Shown here: positions 28,742 through 37,129 of the stretch, piece by piece
Numbering within the stretch: the first letter of the stretch is position 1
How the letters are laid out: each line of letters opens with the position of its first letter
Origin: a virus
Lineage: Duplodnaviria > Caudoviricetes
Virus record (IMG/VR): IMGVR_UViG_3300015201_000005
Coordinates: 1 to 37,209 of that record
DNA: 37,209 nucleotides
Strand: one strand, 5' to 3'
Translations under genes and position numbers: made by a program
Notes under the pieces: generated by a model
What the model was told of the DNA's origin: nothing
Database searches by the model: none
Seen by the model: only the letters and a program-made list of their open reading frames with translations

Positions 28742-30048
28742 TTGTTCTTCCCCGAAAAGAAAGCCTTCAGTTCAATCACTTGAAGTTCAGGCATGACATA
28801 GATGATCTGATTGCCCATCGATTCAGTCTTGATCATACCGGACTGATCGAATGACATCATAATATCATCCAGTTCAGTAGCCTCCTTGTAATGAGCCCAC
28901 ATCTTCTTTAGCAACATTACGCGACTGATTTGATGTGTCTCCCTGCCAAGTAATTCCTGGATTATCAGCCCCTTAATAGCCTTCGCATCCGATAGACCCT
29001 TCTTACCGTGGGTCATTTCGCGCACGTTACCAACCAACTTCTCACAGTGGTTGATAGCTAGTTGCATCGATGCGGGATCGATCACTAGTGTCGGTTCCTT
29101 TGCCAATGATAAGATCATCGCCACCTTCAATACAGAGTCACCGAATCTGTTTAATGTACCCGTGTCATCTTTCAAATCCTGTGACTGAATGGTCTGGATG
29201 AATTCGTCATACCACATCTGGTACACTAAACCTGCATCGCTGAAGTAGTTCGTTGTACCTGTTTCACGTTCGATGTATGGTATGGCACACGCGTCTGTAG
29301 GCTCTTGACTCGCCAGTGGTGCGAATGGACCCTTCAGTCCCTCTAGAATCTTAAGATACTCAGCCAGAACAGTGTATACAGGAGGATTAAGAAGAGGCAC
29401 GAGCAGACTATTAGCACGATTTCGCTTCGATTCAGAGATGATAAACGTTCGCGCAAAGTATCCGCCATGTATGTCCTTCTTTCCAAAGAAGTCAGTAGAG
29501 TGGGCTTCGTTAGTTGCAGTTAACATAGTGATAGTGGGATCCTTCAGATTAAACGATTCCATCTTCAGGAGGGAACGCCACTCACCTATGTTATATTGCC
29601 TGTCATACAAGTCAGTTAGAATGTCAGTCGCCACTTTGTCTTCGACGATTGAACTCGTCAATTCCGAGCTGCATATGAAGGCGCATGACTTGTTGATAAC
29701 CCTCCCACCCGGCTGGGTCTGCGCCGTTCCTAATTCCTTTAAGATACCCTGTATTGATGAACGTCCTGAGATGATGCGCGTACCACCTACGGCACGCACA
29801 AGTTGTTTCGCCATGCTGATCGGCGGGCCTTTCTTCAACCCACTCTCTGCATGGAACATCACATAGATATTGGGGTACAGATTGTAGATCTGCCGATCTA
29901 GCCATACGTTGTCCTTCACTACAGCAGAGATGGCAGCCATGCCACCCCATAGCCAGAAGTTAGTGGGAGATTCTAGTTCTGAATGCTGCGCTAATAGTTT
30001 GTCAAGCCATGAAGTTTCCACAGAAGTCCCATTGATGACCCATTGCAT
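28738..30048 (-). CDS. DUF3987/YfjI-like AAA+ ATPase (putative replicative helicase) with C-terminal winged-helix-like region
   Basis: ESPTNFWLW, LYPNIYVMF-HAESGLKKG, SSEL, LTDLYD, GGYFARTF; adjacent to the polymerase. Confidence 0.72.
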   Translation of the reverse strand: MQWVINGTSVETSWLDKLLAQHSELESPTNFWLWGGMAAISAVVKDNVWLDRQIYNLYPNIYVMFHAESGLKKGPPISMAKQLVRAVGGTRIISGRSSIQGILKELGTAQTQPGGRVINKSCAFICSSELTSSIVEDKVATDILTDLYDRQYNIGEWRSLLKMESFNLKDPTITMLTATNEAHSTDFFGKKDIHGGYFARTFIISESKRNRANSLLVPLLNPPVYTVLAEYLKILEGLKGPFAPLASQEPTDACAIPYIERETGTTNYFSDAGLVYQMWYDEFIQTIQSQDLKDDTGTLNRFGDSVLKVAMILSLAKEPTLVIDPASMQLAINHCEKLVGNVREMTHGKKGLSDAKAIKGLIIQELLGRETHQISRVMLLKKMWAHYKEATELDDIMMSFDQSGMIKTESMGNQIIYVMPELQVIELKAFFSGKNK

Positions 30049-30057
30049 CTCAGTTCC

Positions 30058-32679
30058 TCAGAAAGGAATATCATCGTCGTTCCGTGTAGTACGTGTCCGT
30101 TCATAATCCCTCTTAGCAAACATATCATTACGCGCATCCTCATCAGTCACTTCAAACTCTTCACTGGCGGTCAATGGGCGCGTAACGAGTACTTGGGGTG
30201 GCTCTACCTTAATCTTATCAGACTTGTGCTTAAACAAGTCCTTATAGTTTTCTCCGACTTCCACGTCACATGGTATCTTGAGGAACCTACGTGGTAAGGA
30301 ACATGCAGAGAAATTGATAGGACGCTCCATCTCCTGTTGGGCTACAGAAATAAAGTCATCCAGGTATTCTTTTCGCACGCTGAACAGAAGTGCATCATGC
30401 GCCTCCAGAATGACCTTGCTTTCTGGGAACTTGATCTTAATTCGTATACCTGCCGCTTTGGTATTATCAGTAACGGCCCGTTGAGGGAGGTAGGCCAATG
30501 CCTCACGGAACAAATCATCACCCCATCGTTCATAGAATATACGCACACCTCCTCGCTCTGCGTCGATGCCCCATGGGAGAGGTGCAGTAAGTCTTCTGTC
30601 TCGCTTGAGACATTCGATGACTTCATTGTGGAATATCCTCTGTATCTTAGGTTGCTTAGAATGGAAGATCTTCAATGCCCGTTCTGCAATAGTCTCATCT
30701 ATCTTGATTGGAATCTTGTACTTACGTGCCTGCGTATTAAGCTCAGTAGAGGCTCTTCTTGCGCCCGCGCCAAGATGGCCCGCATGGCGTAGAGTTTTCC
30801 CGGCGAAGCGAATAGGAGATTCATATCCCAATACCTTCTTGGAGTAATCCTCTTCACGGCCACCAAAAAACCACGACGCAGTGAGAGCATGGTAATCATG
30901 TTTATCTATGTCCTCTAATGCTTGTTCGTCCGTAGCTAGATTGAAGACTACACGGGCTTCAGCTTGGCTACTATCCAGTTGTACGAATACTTCGCCCTCA
31001 TCAGGCTCATACATTCCACGCACATCACCCCCGATATCACCGTGTTTGGTGAATACCTGGAATGCCGTGCCCATCACTTTCATGTCCTTCTGTTTCTTCT
31101 TGCCCACTAGATCTACATACGGGCGTATGGGAGGACTCTGTTGACTAGTACTAGTACGACCAGTCTCAAGGCACATAAAACAGGTAGTTCGCATCTTTCC
31201 ATCGTAGTCTGGAATGGCGAACAGATATGTGGATACCGTCTTCTTGACACGACGCCGCTCCAAACACTTCTCAATCCATAGCCTGTGTTCAGGTGCTTTC
31301 ACTCCAGTCTTCAGATTGAGTAGTGCAGTCAGTTCCTCTTCACCGACTCCCATTCTACGAGGGAGCTTCCACAGGTCAAAGAGTAGAGAGTGGACCTGAA
31401 GTGGAGAGGAGATGTTGATATCTATCCCAGCTATCTGATACATCTCATAGCCAAGACGCTCATCCCATTCCACGTACTTCCGTATCAGCGCCTGACGTTT
31501 CTCCTGATTGATCTTGAATCCATTATTTTCTATTTCGAGATACAGGTCGGGCAGTTTCATTAGAAAGTTCTCATAGAACTTCCTTACACCCAACTCATCT
31601 ATGTCAGGGTTCATTGCCTCTTCTATTTCGAGTGTGACACAACTATCACGTGCGCACCCGAGGAGTAGATCTCCAATGCTCCCCTCATACATACCCTCAT
31701 CTTTGTAGAAGGGTTCCCGCGTGTAGATACTTGTAAGGAATGCAAGCCGTTTTGGGAGTTCAGGGTTAATTGCGAACGCCTTGAGGAGAGTATCAGAGTG
31801 GATCCGTCGTATGGCAAATCCCAGTCTGCGAATTTTATCTCGGTCGTAGTTGAAGTTTTGTCCGACAATGTCCTTCTCCCATAGTGTTTTGGCTAGCATT
31901 CCCCAAATAGTTGCCATGTCCGAATCTGGTATGTGTGAGATACCATCAGTGTTCCACAGAGGGACTGTCATCCCATGAGACTTATTGAATGACAGTCCTA
32001 TACAGATGGGTAGACAATGACCACCGGCCTCGATGTCTACACTCATCTTCTTGATTGAAGAGTAGCGTTCCAAGAACTCGTGTAGTTCGCCTGAGTTACG
32101 GCAGATCTGAAGTGTTCGATTAGGAAGATTGAGCATGGGATCGTGGCGTTCTTCCCATGCGCGCTTCATATCGAAGATCATTACTTGTCTGTTCCAGTAA
32201 CCTTTGATTTCTCCACCCGGAACGTGAGATACAAGATCCTTGGGATGATAGGTAGCAACAAATTTAGAGCCCATACCCCTGAGGATTGAGCCTCGCCAGT
32301 CACTAATTTTAGTTTTGCCGGACAATGCCCATAAAGCAGTCCCACCGAGAGCGAGGACAACGTTAGGTTTAATGTCTCCAATTTCGACTCGCAGTTCTTC
32401 CAATTGCTGATCCATGTCGATACCGCTATCCCTAGCACGGACATGGAACGGTAATTTCTTCCTACCAAGGTTCGCTGGAACTTCATATTTGGATACCGTA
32501 GTAACCCAACAGTCTCCGCGATTGATGCCCGCGTCACGCAGTAAACGATCAGTCTCTCTACCAGCCGATCCACTTAATGGGCGTCCGCTATTCACATCTT
32601 CGTGTGAAGGGGCATCACTCAATATAATGAATTTAGCCCCTATTGCACCCTGTCCTGGGATATACCGCTTGTCAGTCAT
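30058..32679 (-). CDS. polA: Family A DNA polymerase with N-terminal uracil-DNA-glycosylase-like and 3'-5' exonuclease domains
   Basis: UDG-like SDAPS..GRPLSGSAG, LALGGTAL, TYHP; ExoI VDIEA, ExoII QNFNYD; ETGRTS, motif A DSSQAEAR, motif B RFAGKTLRHAGHLG, motif C AHDALL. Confidence 0.92.
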   Translation of the reverse strand: MTDKRYIPGQGAIGAKFIILSDAPSHEDVNSGRPLSGSAGRETDRLLRDAGINRGDCWVTTVSKYEVPANLGRKKLPFHVRARDSGIDMDQQLEELRVEIGDIKPNVVLALGGTALWALSGKTKISDWRGSILRGMGSKFVATYHPKDLVSHVPGGEIKGYWNRQVMIFDMKRAWEERHDPMLNLPNRTLQICRNSGELHEFLERYSSIKKMSVDIEAGGHCLPICIGLSFNKSHGMTVPLWNTDGISHIPDSDMATIWGMLAKTLWEKDIVGQNFNYDRDKIRRLGFAIRRIHSDTLLKAFAINPELPKRLAFLTSIYTREPFYKDEGMYEGSIGDLLLGCARDSCVTLEIEEAMNPDIDELGVRKFYENFLMKLPDLYLEIENNGFKINQEKRQALIRKYVEWDERLGYEMYQIAGIDINISSPLQVHSLLFDLWKLPRRMGVGEEELTALLNLKTGVKAPEHRLWIEKCLERRRVKKTVSTYLFAIPDYDGKMRTTCFMCLETGRTSTSQQSPPIRPYVDLVGKKKQKDMKVMGTAFQVFTKHGDIGGDVRGMYEPDEGEVFVQLDSSQAEARVVFNLATDEQALEDIDKHDYHALTASWFFGGREEDYSKKVLGYESPIRFAGKTLRHAGHLGAGARRASTELNTQARKYKIPIKIDETIAERALKIFHSKQPKIQRIFHNEVIECLKRDRRLTAPLPWGIDAERGGVRIFYERWGDDLFREALAYLPQRAVTDNTKAAGIRIKIKFPESKVILEAHDALLFSVRKEYLDDFISVAQQEMERPINFSACSLPRRFLKIPCDVEVGENYKDLFKHKSDKIKVEPPQVLVTRPLTASEEFEVTDEDARNDMFAKRDYERTRTTRNDDDIPF

Positions 32680-32797
32680 TTGCGCGATCCAACAACATGA
32701 TGATCATGTGCGCGATCTGAACTGAGTCCATATCAGTCAGGTTTGTGTACTCCCGAAGTAGCCGGGCTACCATTTCTACCTTCTCCGCTTGAGTCAT
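32672..32797 (-). CDS. 41-aa helical hypothetical protein
   Basis: Absent from the ORF track; AAGGA SD; MTQAEKVEMVARLLREYTNLTDMDSVQIAHMIIMLLDRAND; its stop overlaps the pol start (ATGACTGA). Confidence 0.6.
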   Translation of the reverse strand: MTQAEKVEMVARLLREYTNLTDMDSVQIAHMIIMLLDRAND

Positions 32798-32936
32798 AAT
32801 TATCCTTGAAGTATTTGGAACACACATTACACAGATACGTGTTGGCAATGATGTGTTCAGTTAACTTGTGATCGTCATTGCGGCAGTGCGGGCAGATCGT
32901 CGGGTATCTGGGTTTCTTCGTTGGGGATGATGGCAT
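32733..32936 (-). CDS. Small zinc-ribbon protein
   Basis: CPHC...CNVC; GAGGA SD; overlaps both neighbours. Confidence 0.55.
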   Translation of the reverse strand: MPSSPTKKPRYPTICPHCRNDDHKLTEHIIANTYLCNVCSKYFKDNYDSSGEGRNGSPATSGVHKPD

Positions 32937-33198
32937 CTTTCACTTCCTCTAGCTTCTCACGCTTGTCTGTAACCAACACATGCACAGCGCGCCACCCCTT
33001 GTCAGGAACTTTGATGGGTGTGAATTCCACGATCATTCCTGTCTTCAACTCAGGGAACTGAAGTGTGTCCTGTCTGAGTGAAGTCCAATGAAAGAAAATG
33101 CGCGTGAATTCAATCTCCTTGGAACTGATGAAACCCCATCCCGCCTTGTGTACTTTAATGATCCGACCACTTATCTTTTCAGTCATTGTCTTGTCCAT
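32875..33198 (-). CDS. Cold-shock-domain (OB-fold) nucleic-acid-binding protein
   Basis: GRIIKVHKAGWGFI (RNP1-like), IFFHWTSL (RNP2-like), LKTGMIVEF..KGWRAVHV; AGGGA SD before ATG33198. Confidence 0.85.
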   Translation of the reverse strand: MDKTMTEKISGRIIKVHKAGWGFISSKEIEFTRIFFHWTSLRQDTLQFPELKTGMIVEFTPIKVPDKGWRAVHVLVTDKREKLEEVKDAIIPNEETQIPDDLPALPQ

Positions 33199-33357
33199 AT
33201 ATTCCCTGAGCAGTGAAACGGAGACGCGCCCGTACTTTTCAGCATTGGACGCGCCTCCTATCATCAGAGCCTTCACTTAGTCGTACCCCACCTCTACTGT
33301 GCCAGTCCAAAGTTGAAGGGCGTTGGTGTAGCACAATAATTTCAGGATACGATGTTG
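33199..33357 (-). promoter_or_regulatory. Structured intergenic RNA / 5' leader of the cold-shock-domain gene
   Basis: 12-bp stem GGAGGCGCGTCC/GGGCGCGTCTCC capped by TGCT-GAAA-AGTA, outer AGTGAAG/TTTCACT stem, and a second upstream hairpin. Confidence 0.6.
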
Positions 33358-33576
33358 CTATTCCTCCGATGAATCCGGTACTACGATTTCAGCAGCCTCT
33401 CCCTCTTCATCAGGGTCTGCGTCATCGTCATCAAAGTCTTCATCGTCTTCATCCTCAGAGTCGTCACCATCTTCCAACTCATCAGAATCCACGATATCGT
33501 CCTTCTCACCGATACCATCTTCCATATCGGCCAGATCGAGCGCGTCCATCACGTCCACATCTTCATCGATATACAT
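33358..33576 (-). CDS. Highly acidic 72-aa protein
   Basis: GGAGG SD before ATG33576; about half the residues are D/E, with a single Lys. Confidence 0.75.
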   Translation of the reverse strand: MYIDEDVDVMDALDLADMEDGIGEKDDIVDSDELEDGDDSEDEDDEDFDDDDADPDEEGEAAEIVVPDSSEE

Positions 33577-33608
33577 AACTTCCTCCACGTAGGTTGGGCC
33601 TCGATTTT

Positions 33609-33650
33609 AGAGAAGGGGACTGATACTGATAGGCCAATGTACCAGTCCCC
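33609..33650 (-). terminator. Hairpin / weak terminator after the SSB gene
   Basis: GGGGACTGGTAC-N12-GTATCAGTCCCC followed by TTCTCT on the - strand. Confidence 0.6.
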
Positions 33651-33665
33651 CGTATTACTGTACTA

Positions 33666-34052
33666 CTAGCGAGGCGTGCGATACTTGTGGTTCACGCGAT
33701 TGACAATACGACCCTGCCACTCGCCGTTCTCCACGAACACTTCCACCTGCTTGCCCACGGCATGTGCCAGATCGTACCGCTTACCCAACTCGGGCTGTAC
33801 ACCGAAGGATGAGAGGAATCCCGTAGCAAAGCCGATAGCCTTGCTGTTGAAATTCCAGGTGATGGTCACACCCTTGAAAGTCTCGTCACCATTGTCAGCG
33901 TTGCGGATGATGGTGCCTTCCACAGGATAGTTGGTAGAGCCACCATCCTTTGATGGAGCCTCGCCCACGTTGATGATGTTCATGAGGTACCACGCGGGCT
34001 CCACAATCTTGCCCCGGCTCATATCCGCTTCGCTGAACTGAATGATAGGCAT
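33666..34052 (-). CDS. Putative ssDNA-binding protein (DUF669-like OB fold)
   Basis: VEPAWYLMNI..SKDGGS, VGKQVEVFVENGEWQGRIVNRV; follows the Sak4-like ATPase; TAGTAG double stop. Confidence 0.65.
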   Translation of the reverse strand: MPIIQFSEADMSRGKIVEPAWYLMNIINVGEAPSKDGGSTNYPVEGTIIRNADNGDETFKGVTITWNFNSKAIGFATGFLSSFGVQPELGKRYDLAHAVGKQVEVFVENGEWQGRIVNRVNHKYRTPR

Positions 34053-34070
34053 CTGTCTCTCCGATTGTTG

Positions 34071-34883
34071 TTAGAACGTGTTTGTTGGAACGTATGCAGC
34101 AGTTGCTTTGACGATGGCTGGTTTGATGTACGTATCGTACAGCGGCTTATCTCCGAATGATACCTTACTCGGAAGATCCAATGCCGTGCGCGCAAAGTCA
34201 TCACCAGTATGCTCAGTTAATAAAGTATAGTCACCACCTCCTCCTTCGACCATTCCCTTGTCAATATTGAAGTGATACACCTCACCACAATATGCGGGAA
34301 TCTTAGCTGCGACATTCTTACCAGCGGTCACAATCTGCCGACTGATATGGGTTACGTTCTTAGTCGTATCCCTGTACTCAGCCTTAACGACGTGAGCGAT
34401 AAGAATCACATTGACTTTATGGAAATTGTTGATGTCCTTCGTGAGAGCCATCAACTCATTCAACGCACTCGACTCAGCATTGTAGTCTTCAATCTCATTG
34501 ACTGCAATGCCAGCGATTAACTTGCCCGCACTTGCGCCTGATGCGCGCGTCTTACCGTACTTCATCTGTACAGTCTGACGCAATGTCATGTCTGCCATCG
34601 ATGTGATGCTATCGATCACGATGGTCTTGTATGGGCAGTTCAACTGAAACTGTTCCAACTTAGCTTTCGGCTTAGACCAGTTATCGTAGTCATCGAACGT
34701 GATAGTCTTCGGATCTATCCCCCACTTCCTCATAGGCAGATGGATACCATTCATCTTCCTATCCCATGAAAACCAGTATTGCGGTCCAGGGAATGATAGA
34801 GCCTGCGTACTCTTTCTAGTCCCAGGTTCACCCTTGAATAGACAATATAGTCCATCAAAGTTCACGTCACTCATTGTTGGCAT
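34071..34883 (-). CDS. AAA_24/Sak4-like RecA-fold ATPase
   Basis: GEPGTRKS, TIVIDSIT, VILIAH; nuclease-ATPase-SSB synteny. Confidence 0.8.
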   Translation of the reverse strand: MPTMSDVNFDGLYCLFKGEPGTRKSTQALSFPGPQYWFSWDRKMNGIHLPMRKWGIDPKTITFDDYDNWSKPKAKLEQFQLNCPYKTIVIDSITSMADMTLRQTVQMKYGKTRASGASAGKLIAGIAVNEIEDYNAESSALNELMALTKDINNFHKVNVILIAHVVKAEYRDTTKNVTHISRQIVTAGKNVAAKIPAYCGEVYHFNIDKGMVEGGGGDYTLLTEHTGDDFARTALDLPSKVSFGDKPLYDTYIKPAIVKATAAYVPTNTF

Positions 34884-35036
34884 TTATTCGCTCCGCTCAT
34901 ACTTCGATGTCATGATCTCGATTAACTTTTTATGAACTTCTATTTGGATTTTAGGATCCCAGTCACCAAATTCACCCATTTCTTTTAACCACTCAATAAA
35001 TTCTTCACACTTGTCACTTAATAATTTTTCTGCCAT
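34884..35036 (-). CDS. 50-aa hypothetical protein
   Basis: Absent from the ORF track; MAEKLLSDKCEEFIEWLKEMGEFGDWDPKIQIEVHKKLIEIMTSKYERSE; TGATG overlap upstream and abuts the next ATG. Confidence 0.65.
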   Translation of the reverse strand: MAEKLLSDKCEEFIEWLKEMGEFGDWDPKIQIEVHKKLIEIMTSKYERSE

Positions 35037-35419
35037 CAGTGTTCCCACTCCTCTCGCATCTTGTCTATCCGATCTTGTGGAACGCCATGGATGGACTCAT
35101 GGAGTGGACCCGTCAGAGTGATTTCGGTGACTTGATACCCATGCTTCTCTGCCATCTCATAGTACGGGCGCATCATCCACCGCTTCACGAACACATTCGA
35201 TACGACGACACGCGACTTCTTATAAATCATCGCTGACTCTGCACACTCCTGACAGAACTTATGAGCCTTAGCGATATTCGTGCCGTCGTACTTGTAGTTC
35301 CCATCCAAGTCAGTGAAGAATGTATCTGCCTCGAAAGGAAACACATCGATGTATAGTTTGAATGCGAGAGTTGACTTACCTACTCCAGGTAAGCCTCGAA
35401 TGATGAACAGTTCCTTCAT
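35036..35419 (-). CDS. P-loop nucleotide/polynucleotide kinase (AAA_33-like)
   Basis: LFIIRGLPGVGKSTLA, EADTFF, VVVSN, SIHGVP. Confidence 0.85.
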   Translation of the reverse strand: MKELFIIRGLPGVGKSTLAFKLYIDVFPFEADTFFTDLDGNYKYDGTNIAKAHKFCQECAESAMIYKKSRVVVSNVFVKRWMMRPYYEMAEKHGYQVTEITLTGPLHESIHGVPQDRIDKMREEWEH

Positions 35420-35550
35420 TTGTCGTCCTCTTTATTTAGAGCATCGAATAGGACACTCTCATCCTCTTCCGTATACTCTATCCATTCAACCCGCTGACTC
35501 ATAACATATCGAATCAGGGCTATAATTACTCTCCATTGCCATTCAGTCAT
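35416..35550 (-). CDS. 44-aa hypothetical protein
   Basis: ATGACTGA overlap with the upstream stop and ATGA overlap downstream. Confidence 0.55.
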   Translation of the reverse strand: MTEWQWRVIIALIRYVMSQRVEWIEYTEEDESVLFDALNKEDDK

Positions 35551-35704
35551 CGTCGTCCATTTCCTCGTCCCAGTTAGTTTCCCACACGGTATTGCACTCA
35601 GTACATTCGAGTGCTTTACCAAAGATAGGATCGTTCACAATGACGTGCGCGGTATCCTCATCGCACACAGGACAGTAGTCGAGTATCATGTCGTCCGTCT
35701 CCAC
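35543..35704 (-). CDS. Small acidic zinc-ribbon protein
   Basis: CPVC...CTEC; start GTG35704 (overlapping the upstream TAG) or ATG35689. Confidence 0.65.
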   Translation of the reverse strand: METDDMILDYCPVCDEDTAHVIVNDPIFGKALECTECNTVWETNWDEEMDDDD

Positions 35705-36660
35705 TACTCGTCTTCCTTGTTCGTAGGATCCCACACCTGACCTACAATGAATTCATTCCGCAACACTTCCTCACGCATACGCGGATCAGATTCGCACACT
35801 GACTTGAATGGACACGGGCCATACATCGTATCGCAGTGAGTGAAGTTGGGTGGAAAGTACTCCGCCTCCGTGTACTGGAGCAGCTTGTACGCATAGTACG
35901 GAATGATCTCACTCCGCCACTCTTCGATCCGTTGAGCAGAGTATGAGACTATCTCGCGCGTAAGACATTCAGTGATTGGTAGGCTGGTCTGTAGACCTAC
36001 CTTATTCACAATCACGTTCCTACTGTTCAAGAGGACACAGTGTCCCAAGAACTGATTCGATAGGCTCGTCTTGTCACGCCTCTGCTTGAATGTCTTGTGA
36101 TCCATTGACACGATACCGATCTGATTCGTGTCCAGCGTCAGATCAAACTTAGCTTTCCACAAGACGCGTATCTCTTCGTCCTCGTAGATTACTTCGCCCT
36201 TCACCCACTCTGCCGCTATGGGAACGAATGAGTCATTCTCGTAGTGTTTGAAGTATTCCTCGCATCGTTGTAAGGCGAACTTCCACCCAGTCTTGTAACG
36301 CCCATCGTTGTCTTCGGGCGTGTTCATCAGGCCAGGATACTCGCCCGCCTCATGCCCGCACGATGGCTTATCTACATCACCAGATGCACAGTGGGGACAA
36401 CCGGTGATATACATTTGACCTGCGATTAACGCATTACCAATACATACGCTACGTGGGAAGCCCTTGATCTGATGCTGGTAGAAGACCTCGAAGACCTTGT
36501 GCATCAATGATCCAATCTCTAGGCTATTGGACTTGCCCTTAGCCGAAATGAATCGATGATTGAAACGCAAGTCAAGGAATCGACCACAGCTCATCAGACT
36601 AGACAGAACAGTGGCGTCTAGGATGACGTTTTTCTTTGGAGGTAGTATGATATCAGTCAT
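35704..36660 (-). CDS. PD-(D/E)XK exonuclease with Cas4/AddB-type cysteine cluster
   Basis: N-terminal Cys (SCGRF), GSLMH, KFDL...MDHKT, NQF, C-terminal C-x6-CPFKSVC. Confidence 0.82.
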   Translation of the reverse strand: MTDIILPPKKNVILDATVLSSLMSCGRFLDLRFNHRFISAKGKSNSLEIGSLMHKVFEVFYQHQIKGFPRSVCIGNALIAGQMYITGCPHCASGDVDKPSCGHEAGEYPGLMNTPEDNDGRYKTGWKFALQRCEEYFKHYENDSFVPIAAEWVKGEVIYEDEEIRVLWKAKFDLTLDTNQIGIVSMDHKTFKQRRDKTSLSNQFLGHCVLLNSRNVIVNKVGLQTSLPITECLTREIVSYSAQRIEEWRSEIIPYYAYKLLQYTEAEYFPPNFTHCDTMYGPCPFKSVCESDPRMREEVLRNEFIVGQVWDPTNKEDE

Positions 36661-36662
36661 AG

Positions 36663-36905
36663 CTAGTTGACAGGCCCGTTGTCGCCACCTTCCATCGCAT
36701 CAGCCACAACGATAGCGACGATATGATTGGTGAGCAGTTGCAGATGATTCTCGAGGATGTTAATCCGATCCTCCAACAGAAGGACCGTCTTCGTCATCAT
36801 ACGAATCAGATCGAGTAGTTGCGCGTCATTACCCGATGACGTTTCGGATATCAACTTGATCGCGTGAAGGAATGCCTCATCGACATTCTTTGTACTGGGA
36901 TTCAT
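36663..36905 (-). CDS. Coiled-coil hypothetical protein
   Basis: TAATG coupling; heptad LEDRINILENHL. Confidence 0.65.
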   Translation of the reverse strand: MNPSTKNVDEAFLHAIKLISETSSGNDAQLLDLIRMMTKTVLLLEDRINILENHLQLLTNHIVAIVVADAMEGGDNGPVN

Positions 36906-37129
36906 TAGCTCACCTTTCGTTTCGAGACATCCTTCAGTTGACGCGTACCCACCTGTTTGTAGTCCTCTTGCTCATTCACACCGAACGTGTGTGCGAGTGC
37001 AGTGGCGATAACGAATGAACGTGACACATCGAATCGACGTGCCTGACGGTCCACCTCACGCCATATCTGCTTCAGTACACTTGCTGGTAGAGCCTTGCGT
37101 CCACCCTTTACGCGACGTTGTGATCTCAT
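36905..37129 (-). CDS. Ribbon-helix-helix DNA-binding protein
   Basis: LPASVLKQIWREVDRQARRFDVSRSFVIATAL fits the RHH pattern. Confidence 0.65.
   Translation of the reverse strand: MRSQRRVKGGRKALPASVLKQIWREVDRQARRFDVSRSFVIATALAHTFGVNEQEDYKQVGTRQLKDVSKRKVS

Noticed and set aside
33205-33280. Hammerhead ribozyme suggested by CUGAUGA and a downstream GAAA on the - strand
   Set aside because: Stem II does not close between CUGAUGA and GAAA, the GAAA is a tetraloop in another stem, and stems I and III cannot be formed convincingly.
35704-36660. CRISPR-associated cas4
   Set aside because: No array or other cas genes. The nuclease-ATPase-SSB context indicates a phage recombination exonuclease.
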